NCBI GenBank assembly: GCA_965237525.1 | Contig: CBDEFO010000001.1 | Location: 32,001 to 96,000 of the forward strand | Source of the DNA: Candidatus Latescibacterota bacterium | GTDB taxonomy: Bacteria; Latescibacterota; CBDEFO01 | Length of the DNA stretch: 64,000 bases | Direction: 5' to 3' | The notes under the pieces: generated by a model | What the model was told of the DNA's origin: nothing | Databases searched by the model: none | Seen by the model: only the letters and a program-made list of their open reading frames with translations | Position numbers and translations under genes: made by a program | Shown here: positions 21,506 to 32,271 of the stretch, piece by piece | Position numbering within the stretch: position 1 is the first letter of the stretch | How the letters are laid out: every line of letters starts with the position of its first letter

Positions 21506-24258
21506 GCCGCCAACACCTCATTCAGATCTTCTAAAATACGGTCCAAATCCTGCCCAAAGAGTTGATAGACTTTAATCGCTCCACCTCTTTGGTTAAACGG
21601 CACAGATTGAAAGTCGTCTATACTTATCGAGAGCGAAGTAGCGATGTGGTCCTTTATCATCACAAGCCACTCTTTCTGCTCCGGCGTAAATGATTTCCGA
21701 ACTTTCTCCTGTTGTTCCATCCAGTCGTTAAATCTTCGGTTTACAGAGTCGGAAAATGGTTCAAGGAGACTACTTTCTCCAATTGCAAAACGCATGAGAG
21801 AGATAATATCAGTCAGAAGTTTTTCGGGGCCTGCCCCTCTTATCTTTGATTTTTCAAGCTGCTCGTAAGCCTTCCACAATACTTCTGGAGTAAGATTGTA
21901 AGGAGGCTTTTTTATTGTCGCTGCAAGCTGTTTGATCTCCTCGAAAGTGAAATGACGCTTGGAATAGGGCAAACTATATATAATCTGCAAAGCTGTAAGC
22001 TCGTCCTTGTTTTCCTCTATGAACCTTTTGAAAGTATCAACGATTGTCCTGGCTTTCTCTTTAGCCTGCTCATCAAATCCCGCCTGAGTCACAGTGTCTA
22101 TGCTTACTGTGTCTATGATCTGTTCGCTTCTTTTATTGAGGCCAATTAGTTTGTTTCTCAGTTCAGGATTATCGAAAGGAGCGCAGGCAATTTTGGCTAA
22201 CTGCTGGGAAGCCTCTTTAATCTTCTCTTCGGTCGGCGTTTCAGTATTGAAACTTTCCTTTGCTCTCTCAAATTCTTTATCTGGATCGCCTGTATCCAGC
22301 AGACCGTTGATTATGTGCTTTAGAGATTTGCCCTCCGCAGTCTCTTCAATCTCCTTCCTATCCTTTTCATCTATTTCTCTGTCGAGCCTTGCAAGTCTTC
22401 CTGCCAATGAGGTGCGCGTGTCTTCATCTCTGTCGCCTAAAGCTACGGACATTATAAGCTTGTCGAAGGGCACGCTCCTCTTGCTTTCCAAAGGTCGGGA
22501 ATCTGTCTTGTCATTTTCACACACGCCAATAGCATCCACAATCACAAAATGTGTTTTATGCAAAGCATCCGGAGTGACAGCCTTAATGTCTGTGTCAGAA
22601 ATAGTTCTGGTGCCGCGTCCCTTCATCTGCTCAAAGTAGACCCTTGATTTCACATCTCTCATAAAGATAATGCACTCTAACGGTCGAATATCCGTGCCAG
22701 TTGAAATCATATCTACTGTGACGGCTATCCGTGGGAAGTAGGCATTCCGAAAGCTGGCTATAAGATCTTCGGGTTTTTCACCCGTTGTCCGATAGGTAAT
22801 CTTCTTGCAGAAGTTATTCCCTTTGCTAAATTCATCTCGAACAATATGAACAATATCCTCTGCGTGAGAATCATCCTTGGCAAAAATAAGAGTTTTTGGC
22901 ACTTCTTTCCTGCCGGGAAATATTTCGGTAAAGAGCTTATCTTTGAACTTTTTTATCACTGTCCTTATCTGGTCGGGAGCTACCACGCTTCGATCCAATT
23001 GGGCAGAGGAATATTCCAAATCCTCTTTCAACTGTTCCCATCGTATTGCTCGTGTGAGCTTGTCCCTCTTATCTATATAATAATCCGCTTCAACATAGCT
23101 ACCTTCCTCAGTAATTTTAGTTCTTATTCTATAGACCTCGTAGCCGACATTCACACCATCTGCGACTGCCCGCTCGTGGCTGTATTCTGTAATAAGGTTC
23201 TGGTTGAAAAAGCCGAGGGTTTGCTTAGAAGGAGTGGCAGTCAATCCGATAATGAAGGCATCAAAATACTCGAGTACCTGTCTCCAGAGCTTGTAAATTG
23301 AGCGATGACACTCATCCGTAACAATAAAATCAAAGGTCTCTATCGGTATTTGAGGATTGTAAGAAACTTCCTTTGGTGCCCCCACTTCCTGAGGTGATAT
23401 TTCGAAAATGGAGTGTTCTTCGATCTCCTCATCAAATTCCGGCTCTCCTTTCAGCATGGAAAAGAGCCTTTGAATAGTGGTAATGCAAACCTTACTCACT
23501 GGATCAATGGTATTGGAGGTCAGATGCTGGACGTTGTAAAGCTCTGCAAACTTTCTACGGTCGTCAGGTGTGCTGTAATCTTGAAATTCACTTCTCGTCT
23601 GACGTCCCAGATTGTTCCTGTCAACTAAGAAAAGAATTCTCTTTGCATTTGCGAATTTTATCAGGCGATAAATAAAGCTCACAGAAGTATAAGTTTTCCC
23701 GCTTCCAGATGCCATCTGAATGAGCGATCTTTGTTTTGCCTGTGCAAAGGATTCTTCGAGTCCTTTAATGGCTTCGATCTGACATTCCCTTAGACCTTCC
23801 TCCCTAAGAGGAGGCAGTTCGGCCAGCCGTTTTCTAAGTGTATCTCCTTGTGAAAGCCATTCTTTAAGTGTTTCTGGCTTATGAAAGGCAAAAATCCTCC
23901 GAGACAGTGGCTGTGGATCCCTCAAATCTCTGAAAAACGTTTCAATACCTGTCGTATCATATGCAAATGGCAGTGGATCCTGGACTTGCGGTAGATCTTC
24001 GGGAATGTTCTTCAGATACTTCTGGGACTGTTCAGCTACACCGCTTAACGTGGTTCCCTCTGGCTTTGCCTCCACGACTCCGACGGCTTCTCTTTCCAAA
24101 AAAAGCAGATAATCCGCAGGTCCAGATTCAACAGGGAATTCTCGGACAGCCACACCCAGAGAAGCTCCAAGATTCAATTCTCGATAGTCCTGAATCTTCC
24201 AGCCCGCTGCTTCCAGTAATTCGTCAATCTTTTGTCTTGCTGTTTCTTCTGGTTTCAT
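21502..24258 (-). CDS. hsdR: Type I R-M endonuclease subunit (EcoEI-like)
   Basis: ADYLL..VVEAK nuclease motif, MASGSGKT, DECHRS, LTATP, QMKGRGTR, C-terminal EcoEI-like PF..GG. Confidence 0.95.
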   Translation of the reverse strand: MKPEETARQKIDELLEAAGWKIQDYRELNLGASLGVAVREFPVESGPADYLLFLEREAVGVVEAKPEGTTLSGVAEQSQKYLKNIPEDLPQVQDPLPFAYDTTGIETFFRDLRDPQPLSRRIFAFHKPETLKEWLSQGDTLRKRLAELPPLREEGLRECQIEAIKGLEESFAQAKQRSLIQMASGSGKTYTSVSFIYRLIKFANAKRILFLVDRNNLGRQTRSEFQDYSTPDDRRKFAELYNVQHLTSNTIDPVSKVCITTIQRLFSMLKGEPEFDEEIEEHSIFEISPQEVGAPKEVSYNPQIPIETFDFIVTDECHRSIYKLWRQVLEYFDAFIIGLTATPSKQTLGFFNQNLITEYSHERAVADGVNVGYEVYRIRTKITEEGSYVEADYYIDKRDKLTRAIRWEQLKEDLEYSSAQLDRSVVAPDQIRTVIKKFKDKLFTEIFPGRKEVPKTLIFAKDDSHAEDIVHIVRDEFSKGNNFCKKITYRTTGEKPEDLIASFRNAYFPRIAVTVDMISTGTDIRPLECIIFMRDVKSRVYFEQMKGRGTRTISDTDIKAVTPDALHKTHFVIVDAIGVCENDKTDSRPLESKRSVPFDKLIMSVALGDRDEDTRTSLAGRLARLDREIDEKDRKEIEETAEGKSLKHIINGLLDTGDPDKEFERAKESFNTETPTEEKIKEASQQLAKIACAPFDNPELRNKLIGLNKRSEQIIDTVSIDTVTQAGFDEQAKEKARTIVDTFKRFIEENKDELTALQIIYSLPYSKRHFTFEEIKQLAATIKKPPYNLTPEVLWKAYEQLEKSKIRGAGPEKLLTDIISLMRFAIGESSLLEPFSDSVNRRFNDWMEQQEKVRKSFTPEQKEWLVMIKDHIATSLSISIDDFQSVPFNQRGGAIKVYQLFGQDLDRILEDLNEVLAA

Positions 24259-24456
24259 ACCACCATAGATAGGCTTTTATGACTTGTGTACAGTGTCTTC
24301 AAAACTGATATAAAAAGCATACTATCCGCTTGTTGAGAACTCAACCCGACCCTGAGGATAAGAGTGGCGAGGTAAAAACTCCCGACAGGGAGATTGAGGC
24401 TATATAATAAGCATTTCTACGGCTTCCGTCAAGAATTTCTTTAATTGAGTTTTCTA

Positions 24457-24485
24457 TTGACTTCATGGTTTACATCGGTTATTAT
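24457..24485 (+). promoter_or_regulatory. Sigma70-type promoter
   Basis: TTGACT-17 bp-TATTAT upstream of 24538. Confidence 0.55.
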
Positions 24486-24537
24486 TGCACAATAAACCGG
24501 CGATCATGAAACCTTGGAATAGAAAAAGAGGTAAAGG

Positions 24538-26163
24538 ATGTTTTGCACTCGTAAATGGTGTTTTTGGGTATTAGCTATTTTGATTTCAACCGGTTGTTCA
24601 GGGGATAAAACTTACACTCCCAAAAGTTTCCGCTACAGGTTGGGCACAGACCCGCCTACTCTGGACCCTGCTTATTCGACAGATACTTCCTCTGCGGCAA
24701 TTGTGCTGCATATATACGACGGTCTGGTTCGGTTCGACCCCGAGACGATGGACGTCATCCCGGCTGTTGCAGAAAGCTGGGAGATTTCAGAGGACGGTTT
24801 AGATTATGTATTTCATCTGAAAAGAGGTGTGAAGTTCCACAACAAAAGGGAGGTCAAGGCCGGGGATTTCAAGTATTCGTTTGAAAGAGTGCTGTCGCCA
24901 AAAACGGGGTCGCCGAGGACATGGGTGTTAGAGCCGATATTGGGGTCACTAGAGTTTATAGAGGGCAACGCAGATAACCTCTACGGCGTGAATGCCATTG
25001 ACGATTATACCCTTAAGATAAGTCTCGAAAAGCCGTTTGCGCCTTTTTTAGCTCAGCTGTGTATGGAGGCAGCCAGCGCTGTGCCAAAGGAAGAAGTAGA
25101 GCGCTGGGGTGGGGATTTCACATCGCATCCTGTAGGTTGCGGACCCTACAGATTTGTGGAATGGAATCACGACGTAAACGTAAAATTAGAGGCTTTTGAC
25201 GAGTACTATGACAGAGTTCCGCATTTAAAGAGCGTCGAGTATGTTGTGGTCCCTGACGTGAGTGTGGCGTACCAGAAGTACCTTGCAGGAGAATTGGATC
25301 TGCTAAATGAGATTCCGCCTGGGCAGTTGAAGGCGACAGTGGATCGGTATCCAGATGAGGTGGCGGTCTGGCCCGTGCTAACCATTTACTATTTAGGGTT
25401 CAATCACTCTAAGCCGCCCTTCAAGGATAATCTCAAGTTGAGACAGGCTATTTGCTATGCGATAGACAGAGAAAGTATCTGTCAGGTTATCCAGGAGGGA
25501 GCGGCTACTCCAGCTAAAGGAATACTCCCGCCGGGGATTCCGGGCCACGATCCGACAATAGAAGGATACGAGTTCGACCTGGACAGGGCAGAATCACTCC
25601 TTGAGGAGGCGGGTTATCCACAAGGGATGGGACTGCCGCAGATCACACTGTGGTACAATACGAACGAGCATCACGAAAGGATGGCTCAGTTCGTGCAGTC
25701 GAATCTGAAGAAGATAGGTGTGCAGGTGAAACTCAAAAATCTGGATTGGGCCGCGTATCTACAGGCGTGCGAGAACAATGAGCCGGAATTCTACAGGCTG
25801 GGTTGGGTAGCTGATTATCCAGATGCGGACAATTTTCTCTATATACTGCTTCATTCAAGCCAGACGGGAGCATCTGGCAATTACTCCCGTTACAGCAATC
25901 CCCATTTCGATAGACTCGTGGAAGACGCAAGGGTTACGTCCGATCCCCAAAAGCGAATAAGTCTGTATAAGGAGGCCGATCGTCTGGCCACAAGAGACGC
26001 CGCTTGGGCTGTGATCTACTATCAGTCGGAGCAGATGATGATCAAGCCGAAATGGAAGGGACTCGTTCTGCCTGCGCAGGGGGATTTTGTGATTCCGCTG
26101 GGTGACCTCTACTATGAGCCTTCGGTCGTATCTTCTTCTCTGGGACTTTCCCCTTCAAGATGA
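24538..26163 (+). CDS. ABC transporter peptide-binding lipoprotein (family 5, OppA/DppA-like)
   Basis: Lipobox ISTGC, TLDP, YDGLV, AESWEISEDG, GCGPYRF, GWVADYPDADNF. Confidence 0.93.
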   Translation: MFCTRKWCFWVLAILISTGCSGDKTYTPKSFRYRLGTDPPTLDPAYSTDTSSAAIVLHIYDGLVRFDPETMDVIPAVAESWEISEDGLDYVFHLKRGVKFHNKREVKAGDFKYSFERVLSPKTGSPRTWVLEPILGSLEFIEGNADNLYGVNAIDDYTLKISLEKPFAPFLAQLCMEAASAVPKEEVERWGGDFTSHPVGCGPYRFVEWNHDVNVKLEAFDEYYDRVPHLKSVEYVVVPDVSVAYQKYLAGELDLLNEIPPGQLKATVDRYPDEVAVWPVLTIYYLGFNHSKPPFKDNLKLRQAICYAIDRESICQVIQEGAATPAKGILPPGIPGHDPTIEGYEFDLDRAESLLEEAGYPQGMGLPQITLWYNTNEHHERMAQFVQSNLKKIGVQVKLKNLDWAAYLQACENNEPEFYRLGWVADYPDADNFLYILLHSSQTGASGNYSRYSNPHFDRLVEDARVTSDPQKRISLYKEADRLATRDAAWAVIYYQSEQMMIKPKWKGLVLPAQGDFVIPLGDLYYEPSVVSSSLGLSPSR

Positions 26164-26462
26164 GCAATCCTGTTTTTTAGTGTCTCAAGTTCCTCCCTGA
26201 GGGCCTTGATCTCCCCCGCTTTCTCCTCTCCGGCGCCCCTTATGCTCGATGAGACCCTCTCTGCAGTTCTGCCGATGGTCTCTTTGAGTTCTTGTGCCTC
26301 TTTGACCATCTTATCCGTCATATCTACGACGAACTTCGCCTTTTCTCCCTCTGCCATCTCTCCTCTTTTGATGAGTTCATCGGCTACGGATTCGATCTTC
26401 TCTCTCACAATGGTGATAGCCCCTACTCCGGCGAGCATGGCCTTTTTAACCAGGTCCAGCAT
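26112..26462 (-). CDS. Phasin/polyhydroxyalkanoate granule-associated-like protein
   Basis: KKAMLAGVGA..EK..DELIKRGEM N-terminus, coiled-coil C-terminus; GGAGG RBS. Confidence 0.75.
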   Translation of the reverse strand: MLDLVKKAMLAGVGAITIVREKIESVADELIKRGEMAEGEKAKFVVDMTDKMVKEAQELKETIGRTAERVSSSIRGAGEEKAGEIKALREELETLKNRIAHLEGESPREEDTTEGS

Positions 26463-26543
26463 GATAACAACACCTCCTCAGACAAGTAGACAGTAGGTAG
26501 CAGACAGCAGACGGGATATCGTTCCCCCCTGTTTGCTGTCTAA

Positions 26544-26586
26544 CCCGATTGAATCTATCCCCGATTGAACCTATCGGAGATCGGGG
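26544..26586. repeat. Nested 23-bp hairpin repeat (inner copy 26558-26580)
   Basis: cccgattgaatcta[tccccgattgaacctatcggaga]tcgggg; removing the inner copy restores an intact outer copy. Confidence 0.85.
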
Positions 26587-26652
26587 CTGCTTGCGTAGTC
26601 GTCTACCTAAGAATATATATCCATACTTTAGAATATGTCAATGGAAAAGAAT

Positions 26653-29216
26653 CTATCTAATCAGAACGGCTTTCTTTGTGGCTGTGAATCCGTCCTGTGT
26701 TTTGAGGCGGTAGAAGTATATGCCGGAGGCGAGCTGTCCTCCCCCATCGTCGAGGCCGTCCCAGGCTACGGTGTGCACACCGGATATTTGCTCCTGGTCC
26801 ACAAGGGTTCTTACCTTCTGTCCGAGAGCGTTGTAGACGGCAAGACGTACGTGCGTTCTCACTGGAAGTCCATATGTGATGGTAGTACGAGGGTTGAAGG
26901 GGTTGGGATAGTTCTGTTCGAGGGAGAAGTCTCGGGGAAGACTTGCGGTCTTATTCTCTTCTGCTATGTCTGTTCTAATAGGATTTTTCCTGATTGCTAT
27001 GCCTCTTGGACCTTCTCCTATCTCAAGCGTAGTTACGATTTCGTCCTGACCTGTACCAAGTATCACAATATTGTCCGAATCCTGATTGGAGACATAGACA
27101 GCCGTTCCATCGGGAGTCACTGCGACCCCCCGGGTATTGGTCCCCCCTGTTGGGATTGTCTTTTCGACTATGTCCAGCTGTGTGTCAATGACCACGATGT
27201 TTCCACCCTGGTAATCTGTCACGTAGGCTTTCCCGTCATTAGGTGAAATAGCGACTCCGAAGGAGGATTGCGCAGGAGTGATGTCTATTGTGGTAATAAC
27301 CGTATTGGTCTCCGTGTCAATTACCGATATGCCATCCCCCGTAAAGCTCGTAACGTAAGCCTTTTCTCCATCGGGAGTCACAGCAACCGAGCGAGGGCTG
27401 GGCACGACGGCTATTTGGCCAATGATTGTGTTTGACCTTGTGTCTATTACAGTGAGCGTGTTAAAGTTGATGTTGGTAACATAAAGGCGCGCATCGTCGG
27501 GTGAGATAGCGATCCCGAACGGACCCATCACATTGGTTATAGTATGGGATACTCTATCTGTCTTTGTATCTATGACCGATATGGAGTTCGAATCGGAGTT
27601 GTTGACGTAGACAAATCTGCTGTCGGATGTGGAGACGAGGTCAAGAGGAGAGCCTCCCACGGGAATGGTGGTTCTTACTCTATTTGTGGCAGTTTCTATC
27701 ACGCTTATGTTATCCGATTGGGAGTTGGATATATAGACCAGGCTGTCGTTGGGAGTGATAGCTATTCCGATCGGGTTGTCACCTACGGGTATGCGGGCGA
27801 CGTGGTTGTAGGAACCCGTGTCTATGATTGAGACGAGGTTGGAGCGTCTGACAGCTATGTAGGCAAGAGGTTCTCCTGTGGGGGGAAATATACGGTATTG
27901 AAAGGTCAGCTCTGGAGCCTGAGGGGGCAATGTGGATATGTTTCCGTCAGTATCCTCAGCAAGGATATAGTATCTTATCTGTGTTCCTGCAATTTGGGGA
28001 GGGATCTGTCCGCCAAAAATGTGGTCGTTGGATCGGAGCAGGGGTATTTCATCAAAGTCATCCTCCCCGTGGTGAAGAATAGCGAGGCGCTCTGTACACC
28101 TTCATCGTCTCGTATAGAGACGGTTACTGTGGCGCCCACTTGGTCGGAGTCCAGAATCCCTGCTACGTTGGAGAGGATGGAAACACCGCTGATCAGAGGA
28201 AGGCCAGGAAGGGTAAAGCCCGTTACAAAATCGATATTACCGATTTCACCTCCGGCTTCTACAGTTACTCGAAGGGCATCTTGGCTGTTCGGGACGTTGT
28301 CGAAGAATTCTCTCTCAAAGTCAGTGTCGAAGTTTTGAAAGATGCCTCCGAAGTTAGCATCTGTTATCGGCCCATCTACAGGAGATATGGAGACAAGATA
28401 CTGTCCCGGAGAAAGTCCAAAGATTATGTATTCGCCTGACCCTCTTCTTCCTGAAATTGCTCCGGAAAGAGTGCTTACTACAAAGCGTCCTGTAACGGGA
28501 TTAAGGGCGACGACGTTGGCTCCAAAGATGGGAGATCCATCGAACTGTGTGACTCTGCCTGATATAGTTCCTGTAGAGGAGAGAAACTGAGATGTTGGAT
28601 AGATGATAGAGACGCCTGCTATATCGTCGGGTTCCAATGTCCTGCCGAGGGTCTGGCCAGTGGCAGAACTGAACGGATTCATTGTGGGAGTAAACTGCGG
28701 AGAGCCTATAAGTCCTGTGTCGTCGAGTCCGAGGAAGTGCCCTATTTCGTGAGTGGCCGTATCTTCTACATCTATACCGCCTACCCCGTCGGTAGTGAAC
28801 GTAAAGTCTCTTCCGTTGAAAATTATATCGGCGTCTCGTAGAGCGCCACTGCTTAAGCTGGCCGAGTTTGTTCTGGTTATGGCTATGACGCCGCTTCCCC
28901 GTGGGGAACCGATGATGGACCCGGTCTCGTCGAAGAGGATAAGGTTGACCCGATCGTTTGAAGACGCAAATCTTTCAGTAAGGCCCTGATCTCTGAAAGA
29001 TATGAACGCTGTGGGAACATCCTGCCACGTTTTGAACGACCTCCTTATAGCTTCAAATGCGCCCTCGTCCCCAATGTCGTCAGACCCTCTGGAGTTGATG
29101 CTGTAGGGGACCCCGGCTTCGGCGTTGGACCAGAAGAAGTTCACATTTCTGCCCAATCCCGTCTCGAAGGTCTGTCTGACAAAAGCCTGGGAATTTTGCG
29201 TCAGCGCAAAGAGCAT
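26653..29216 (-). CDS. Secreted matrixin-like (M10) metalloprotease with carboxypeptidase-regulatory-like domain, YVTN beta-propeller and FlgD-like C-terminal sorting domain; split by a -1 frameshift in a G run near 28066
   Basis: HEIGHFLGLD plus Met-turn (PTMNP); YVTN repeats; LEQNYPNPFNP; adding one G gives FFTTGEDDFDEIPL...STLPPQAP, joining the two ORFs. Confidence 0.82.
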
Positions 29217-29310
29217 AATGCAAGTAGACAGTAGACAGCGGTGACATCCTTTTCTTTTCCCTCATTTTGCAGTGGACGTTTTGCATAAGGTCTACTCCGG
29301 GATGGGCAAG

Positions 29311-29886
29311 CTATTTCCTAGGGTCGGTCTCAGAGTCAGCCTCTGTCCTGAGGATGGTCTGTATACTTTCTATGAGCTGATCAAGAGGGACAATGACTCT
29401 TTTGGCAGACGGGGATATTCTCGCTTCTTTCTTATCGTAGAGCGAGAGTCCATGAGGATCTGCGAACGTGATCTTTTTGCCGGAGATCTTGTCCTTTTGT
29501 ATGTGGAATTTGCCCTGCGAAAGTCCGACTACCCAGGGATATGCCGCATCGTCTTCAGATGAGAGAAACAGGAGCACTTCTTCATCGAGATTGAAATCAG
29601 GGACCCCAGGCACTATGGAGATTTCATCGCCTACCCTGCCTCCGGGATGTCGAACGGTGATGGAGTCGCCTGGTAAGTCGCCTTTGAGAACCTGATTGAC
29701 TTTAAAGGTAGCGTAGGTATAGATATTGTTGTCCTTGGGGTCAATTTCGGTCCGCTTCGAGAGACAGTGTCCTGTAATTATGGTCTGGGCAAGTTCGGAC
29801 ATTTCGGATATGTCGAGCTTCAGGACAGTCGTTGACCACGCAGGTTGTGCTATCAGTAGGCTGAGTATAACAAGCAAGATTGACAT
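29311..29886 (-). CDS. Secreted hypothetical beta-barrel protein upstream of the matrixin gene
   Basis: Signal peptide (..QPAWS), A..IITG.C, V.QVLKG, PGGRVG, GLSQGKF. Confidence 0.8.
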   Translation of the reverse strand: MSILLVILSLLIAQPAWSTTVLKLDISEMSELAQTIITGHCLSKRTEIDPKDNNIYTYATFKVNQVLKGDLPGDSITVRHPGGRVGDEISIVPGVPDFNLDEEVLLFLSSEDDAAYPWVVGLSQGKFHIQKDKISGKKITFADPHGLSLYDKKEARISPSAKRVIVPLDQLIESIQTILRTEADSETDPRK

Positions 29887-30139
29887 TTGGCTCTCCCAAC
29901 AAAAGGGGGGATCATAATGCTACAAAGGCGCATAGACACCCCCGGTTTCAAGATGTTTGATCCGCTTTGGCTTAAGACGTAAATTATAACAAAAAGATTC
30001 AACAAGAGTCAAAAAATAATTCTCACAGCGGAACTGTGATAGAAAAGCTATTATACTACTTAAGAGGTCATCCGCCTTTTACGTACTGCTCAAGCTTTTC
30101 TAGTAGGTACTATCGGGCTGTGCTCTTGAACACCTCTCA

Positions 30140-30745
30140 TTAGTGTTTACCTGCCATCCATTGCGACAAAGAATTTAAACTTCGCTTCAGACTTTCAGAA
30201 CGAGTGGCGGCTCTTTTTAGATTCCAGTATTCCGTAGTGAACTCTATTAAACGCGATGTGTACGCTGGCCCCTGCCTGGCTGTACTACCTTCTGATGGAA
30301 CAATATCTTCGCGGATCGTCTTGCTCCTGGAGCGACGTGCAACATTCATCAGGGTTATTTTCGGATTTTCCTCGCTTTCAGGTTGCATTGGAATTATTTG
30401 TTCTGAAACTCCAAGAAAAAGGGCTATCTGGCTCCTATCTGCTAACAACCAGGCTTCTACAGCTTTTACCGCAACGCGCAATTGAAGGTTCTGATTCCGC
30501 GTGGGAAGCCATGAGCTGATAAATGGAGGTGGACATTCGGCCTCATTATTCAAATCTACCAGAATCACCCATCTTCCATATTGTGCCGCCTGGTTGTACC
30601 CGGGTACATTCTTTTTCAAGTAGTTTTTGCCCCGTTTCCCATAGGACCTGCCAACTTCGATGCCGACAGATATAAGGACTTTCTTCAAAACAACTTCATC
30701 CAAATTTCCTTCTACTGCGATATTTACAGTCGGACTGTTTGTCAT
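30140..30745 (-). CDS. DUF4276/TOPRIM-like putative nuclease
   Basis: N-terminal AVEG..D, LVDL, AVEAWLLAD, C-terminal RSESL; starts 5 bp after the ATPase stop. Confidence 0.7.
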   Translation of the reverse strand: MTNSPTVNIAVEGNLDEVVLKKVLISVGIEVGRSYGKRGKNYLKKNVPGYNQAAQYGRWVILVDLNNEAECPPPFISSWLPTRNQNLQLRVAVKAVEAWLLADRSQIALFLGVSEQIIPMQPESEENPKITLMNVARRSRSKTIREDIVPSEGSTARQGPAYTSRLIEFTTEYWNLKRAATRSESLKRSLNSLSQWMAGKH

Positions 30746-30750
30746 CGTTT

Positions 30751-31908
30751 TTACAATGGAAAGAGCAGTTCTAACTGTTGTGTGTCCTTTGGCTGAGTTG
30801 CAGGTAATACCGCATCCCCAATACTTAGTCCCGCTTCGAGAAGTGCTCTTATCTGCTCATCATCCTTACCGACAATTGCCTCTGTCCCTTCTTTTAAAGG
30901 AATTAGCATTAGAACTTCCTCGCCTCCAATTCCCTTATCCGAGATAAGTTCAGAGCTGTGTGTGCTCACCAAAACCTGTCGACGCGGACGTTTTGATTTT
31001 TTCTGAAGACGGTATATGACACCAGCAAGGTGTCGGACTATACCGGGATGCAAAGAAAGTTCCGGTTCTTCAAGCAACAGCGGCCCTTGGCCATCTAACA
31101 AGGACCAGAGAAACCCCACTAAGCGAAGTGTTCCATCTGAAAATTGCTTCTCGTACTGCCAAGCTCCTTGCCCGCGCCAGTGCTCATAGAGCGCCTTCAA
31201 GTGTGGAGCGCCGCGAGGGTCGCGCTCTAATTGAAGCTCTTTCAACTGGGGGACGGAAATCTTAAGAGCCTCTTCAATTCTACGAAGTCGTGCTGCGCGT
31301 GTATTCTTCGGTGTGGTCATCAGCCCCTCTAAGAAATCTCCTCCGAAAGGGTCACCAATTTGGCCCCTGAATCGCTCAGGATCTCGAATAATATGAGGAA
31401 CGACGTGCAAATACCGAATGCTTTCAAAGAAACGGGATAGCTCTCTATAGTCTTTGTTTACGTTGACTTGCTCAAGGTAAGTCTGTGTAAGTTGCGCAGG
31501 ATCATCTTTGTCCTGTTCATCCGGACGATTTAGAAGCTGTTCCTCCTTCTTCCATATCTGTTCCCGTTTGAGGAAGGGTTTTTGGTTATTATCCTGGTTG
31601 AACTCAATCCGATATTGCCAGAGAGGACAATCTTTAGGATCTGAGGGATCTCCCACCTGAACCTCCAGGGCAATATCTGAATACCTGCGAGCGGCTAAGC
31701 ACCTAAGACTTGAGACGCCACCGCGATCCTCCACTGCCTTCTGAAAGCCTCCTCCCGCTTTTACTATATCTCGGAGAAAGCGAAAGGGATCCAGTAGATT
31801 TGATTTTCCTGAGGCGTTGGGACCTACAAGGAACATCCTCGATGCCAGTGAGACATCAACCACAGTAAAATTTCGCCAATTCGAAAGTTTGAGATGCTTG
31901 AATTGCAT
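30751..31908 (-). CDS. ABC/AAA_21-type (OLD/SMC-like) ATPase
   Basis: LSNWRNF, GPNASGKSN Walker A, FSDGTLR signature, LLLEEPELSLHP Walker B, STHS switch. Confidence 0.9.
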   Translation of the reverse strand: MQFKHLKLSNWRNFTVVDVSLASRMFLVGPNASGKSNLLDPFRFLRDIVKAGGGFQKAVEDRGGVSSLRCLAARRYSDIALEVQVGDPSDPKDCPLWQYRIEFNQDNNQKPFLKREQIWKKEEQLLNRPDEQDKDDPAQLTQTYLEQVNVNKDYRELSRFFESIRYLHVVPHIIRDPERFRGQIGDPFGGDFLEGLMTTPKNTRAARLRRIEEALKISVPQLKELQLERDPRGAPHLKALYEHWRGQGAWQYEKQFSDGTLRLVGFLWSLLDGQGPLLLEEPELSLHPGIVRHLAGVIYRLQKKSKRPRRQVLVSTHSSELISDKGIGGEEVLMLIPLKEGTEAIVGKDDEQIRALLEAGLSIGDAVLPATQPKDTQQLELLFPL

Positions 31909-31932
31909 TATCCGTCACCTCATTCCCAACTC

Positions 31933-32113
31933 CTAAGAAGTCGTCGGCCTTTTGAAGTACTCTTCGTGCCGTTCAAGAGACCGATACCCCAAAATCCCTT
32001 GAGCTTTGTTCACAGTGTACTTGACGTGACCGAGATAGCTCCGAATATTGAACGTCTGAAAATAATCGGGCACCACTTCCATCTCCAGTGCCAGACGACA
32101 GGAGTGAAGCAGG
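31933..32113 (-). pseudogene. 3' fragment of a third type-B SDR paralog
   Basis: Translates to LHSCRLALEMEVVPDYFQTFNIRSYLGHVKYTVNKAQGILGYRSLERHEEYFKRPTTS*, matching the C-termini of 34653-35369 and 35438-36157. Confidence 0.8.
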
Positions 32114-32271
32114 CCGTTTTGTCGTTGTCATCCTGAAGGTGTCTCTAGACATCGGCGACAGAGTTGTCGTCTGCGTTCCAGGATCCGAAGTATCCGCGGT
32201 TTCGGTTGAACGGCCGACTGGCGATTACTTCCTCGTCGAGGTCAATTCCAAGACCAGGTTCAGTGGGTAGT

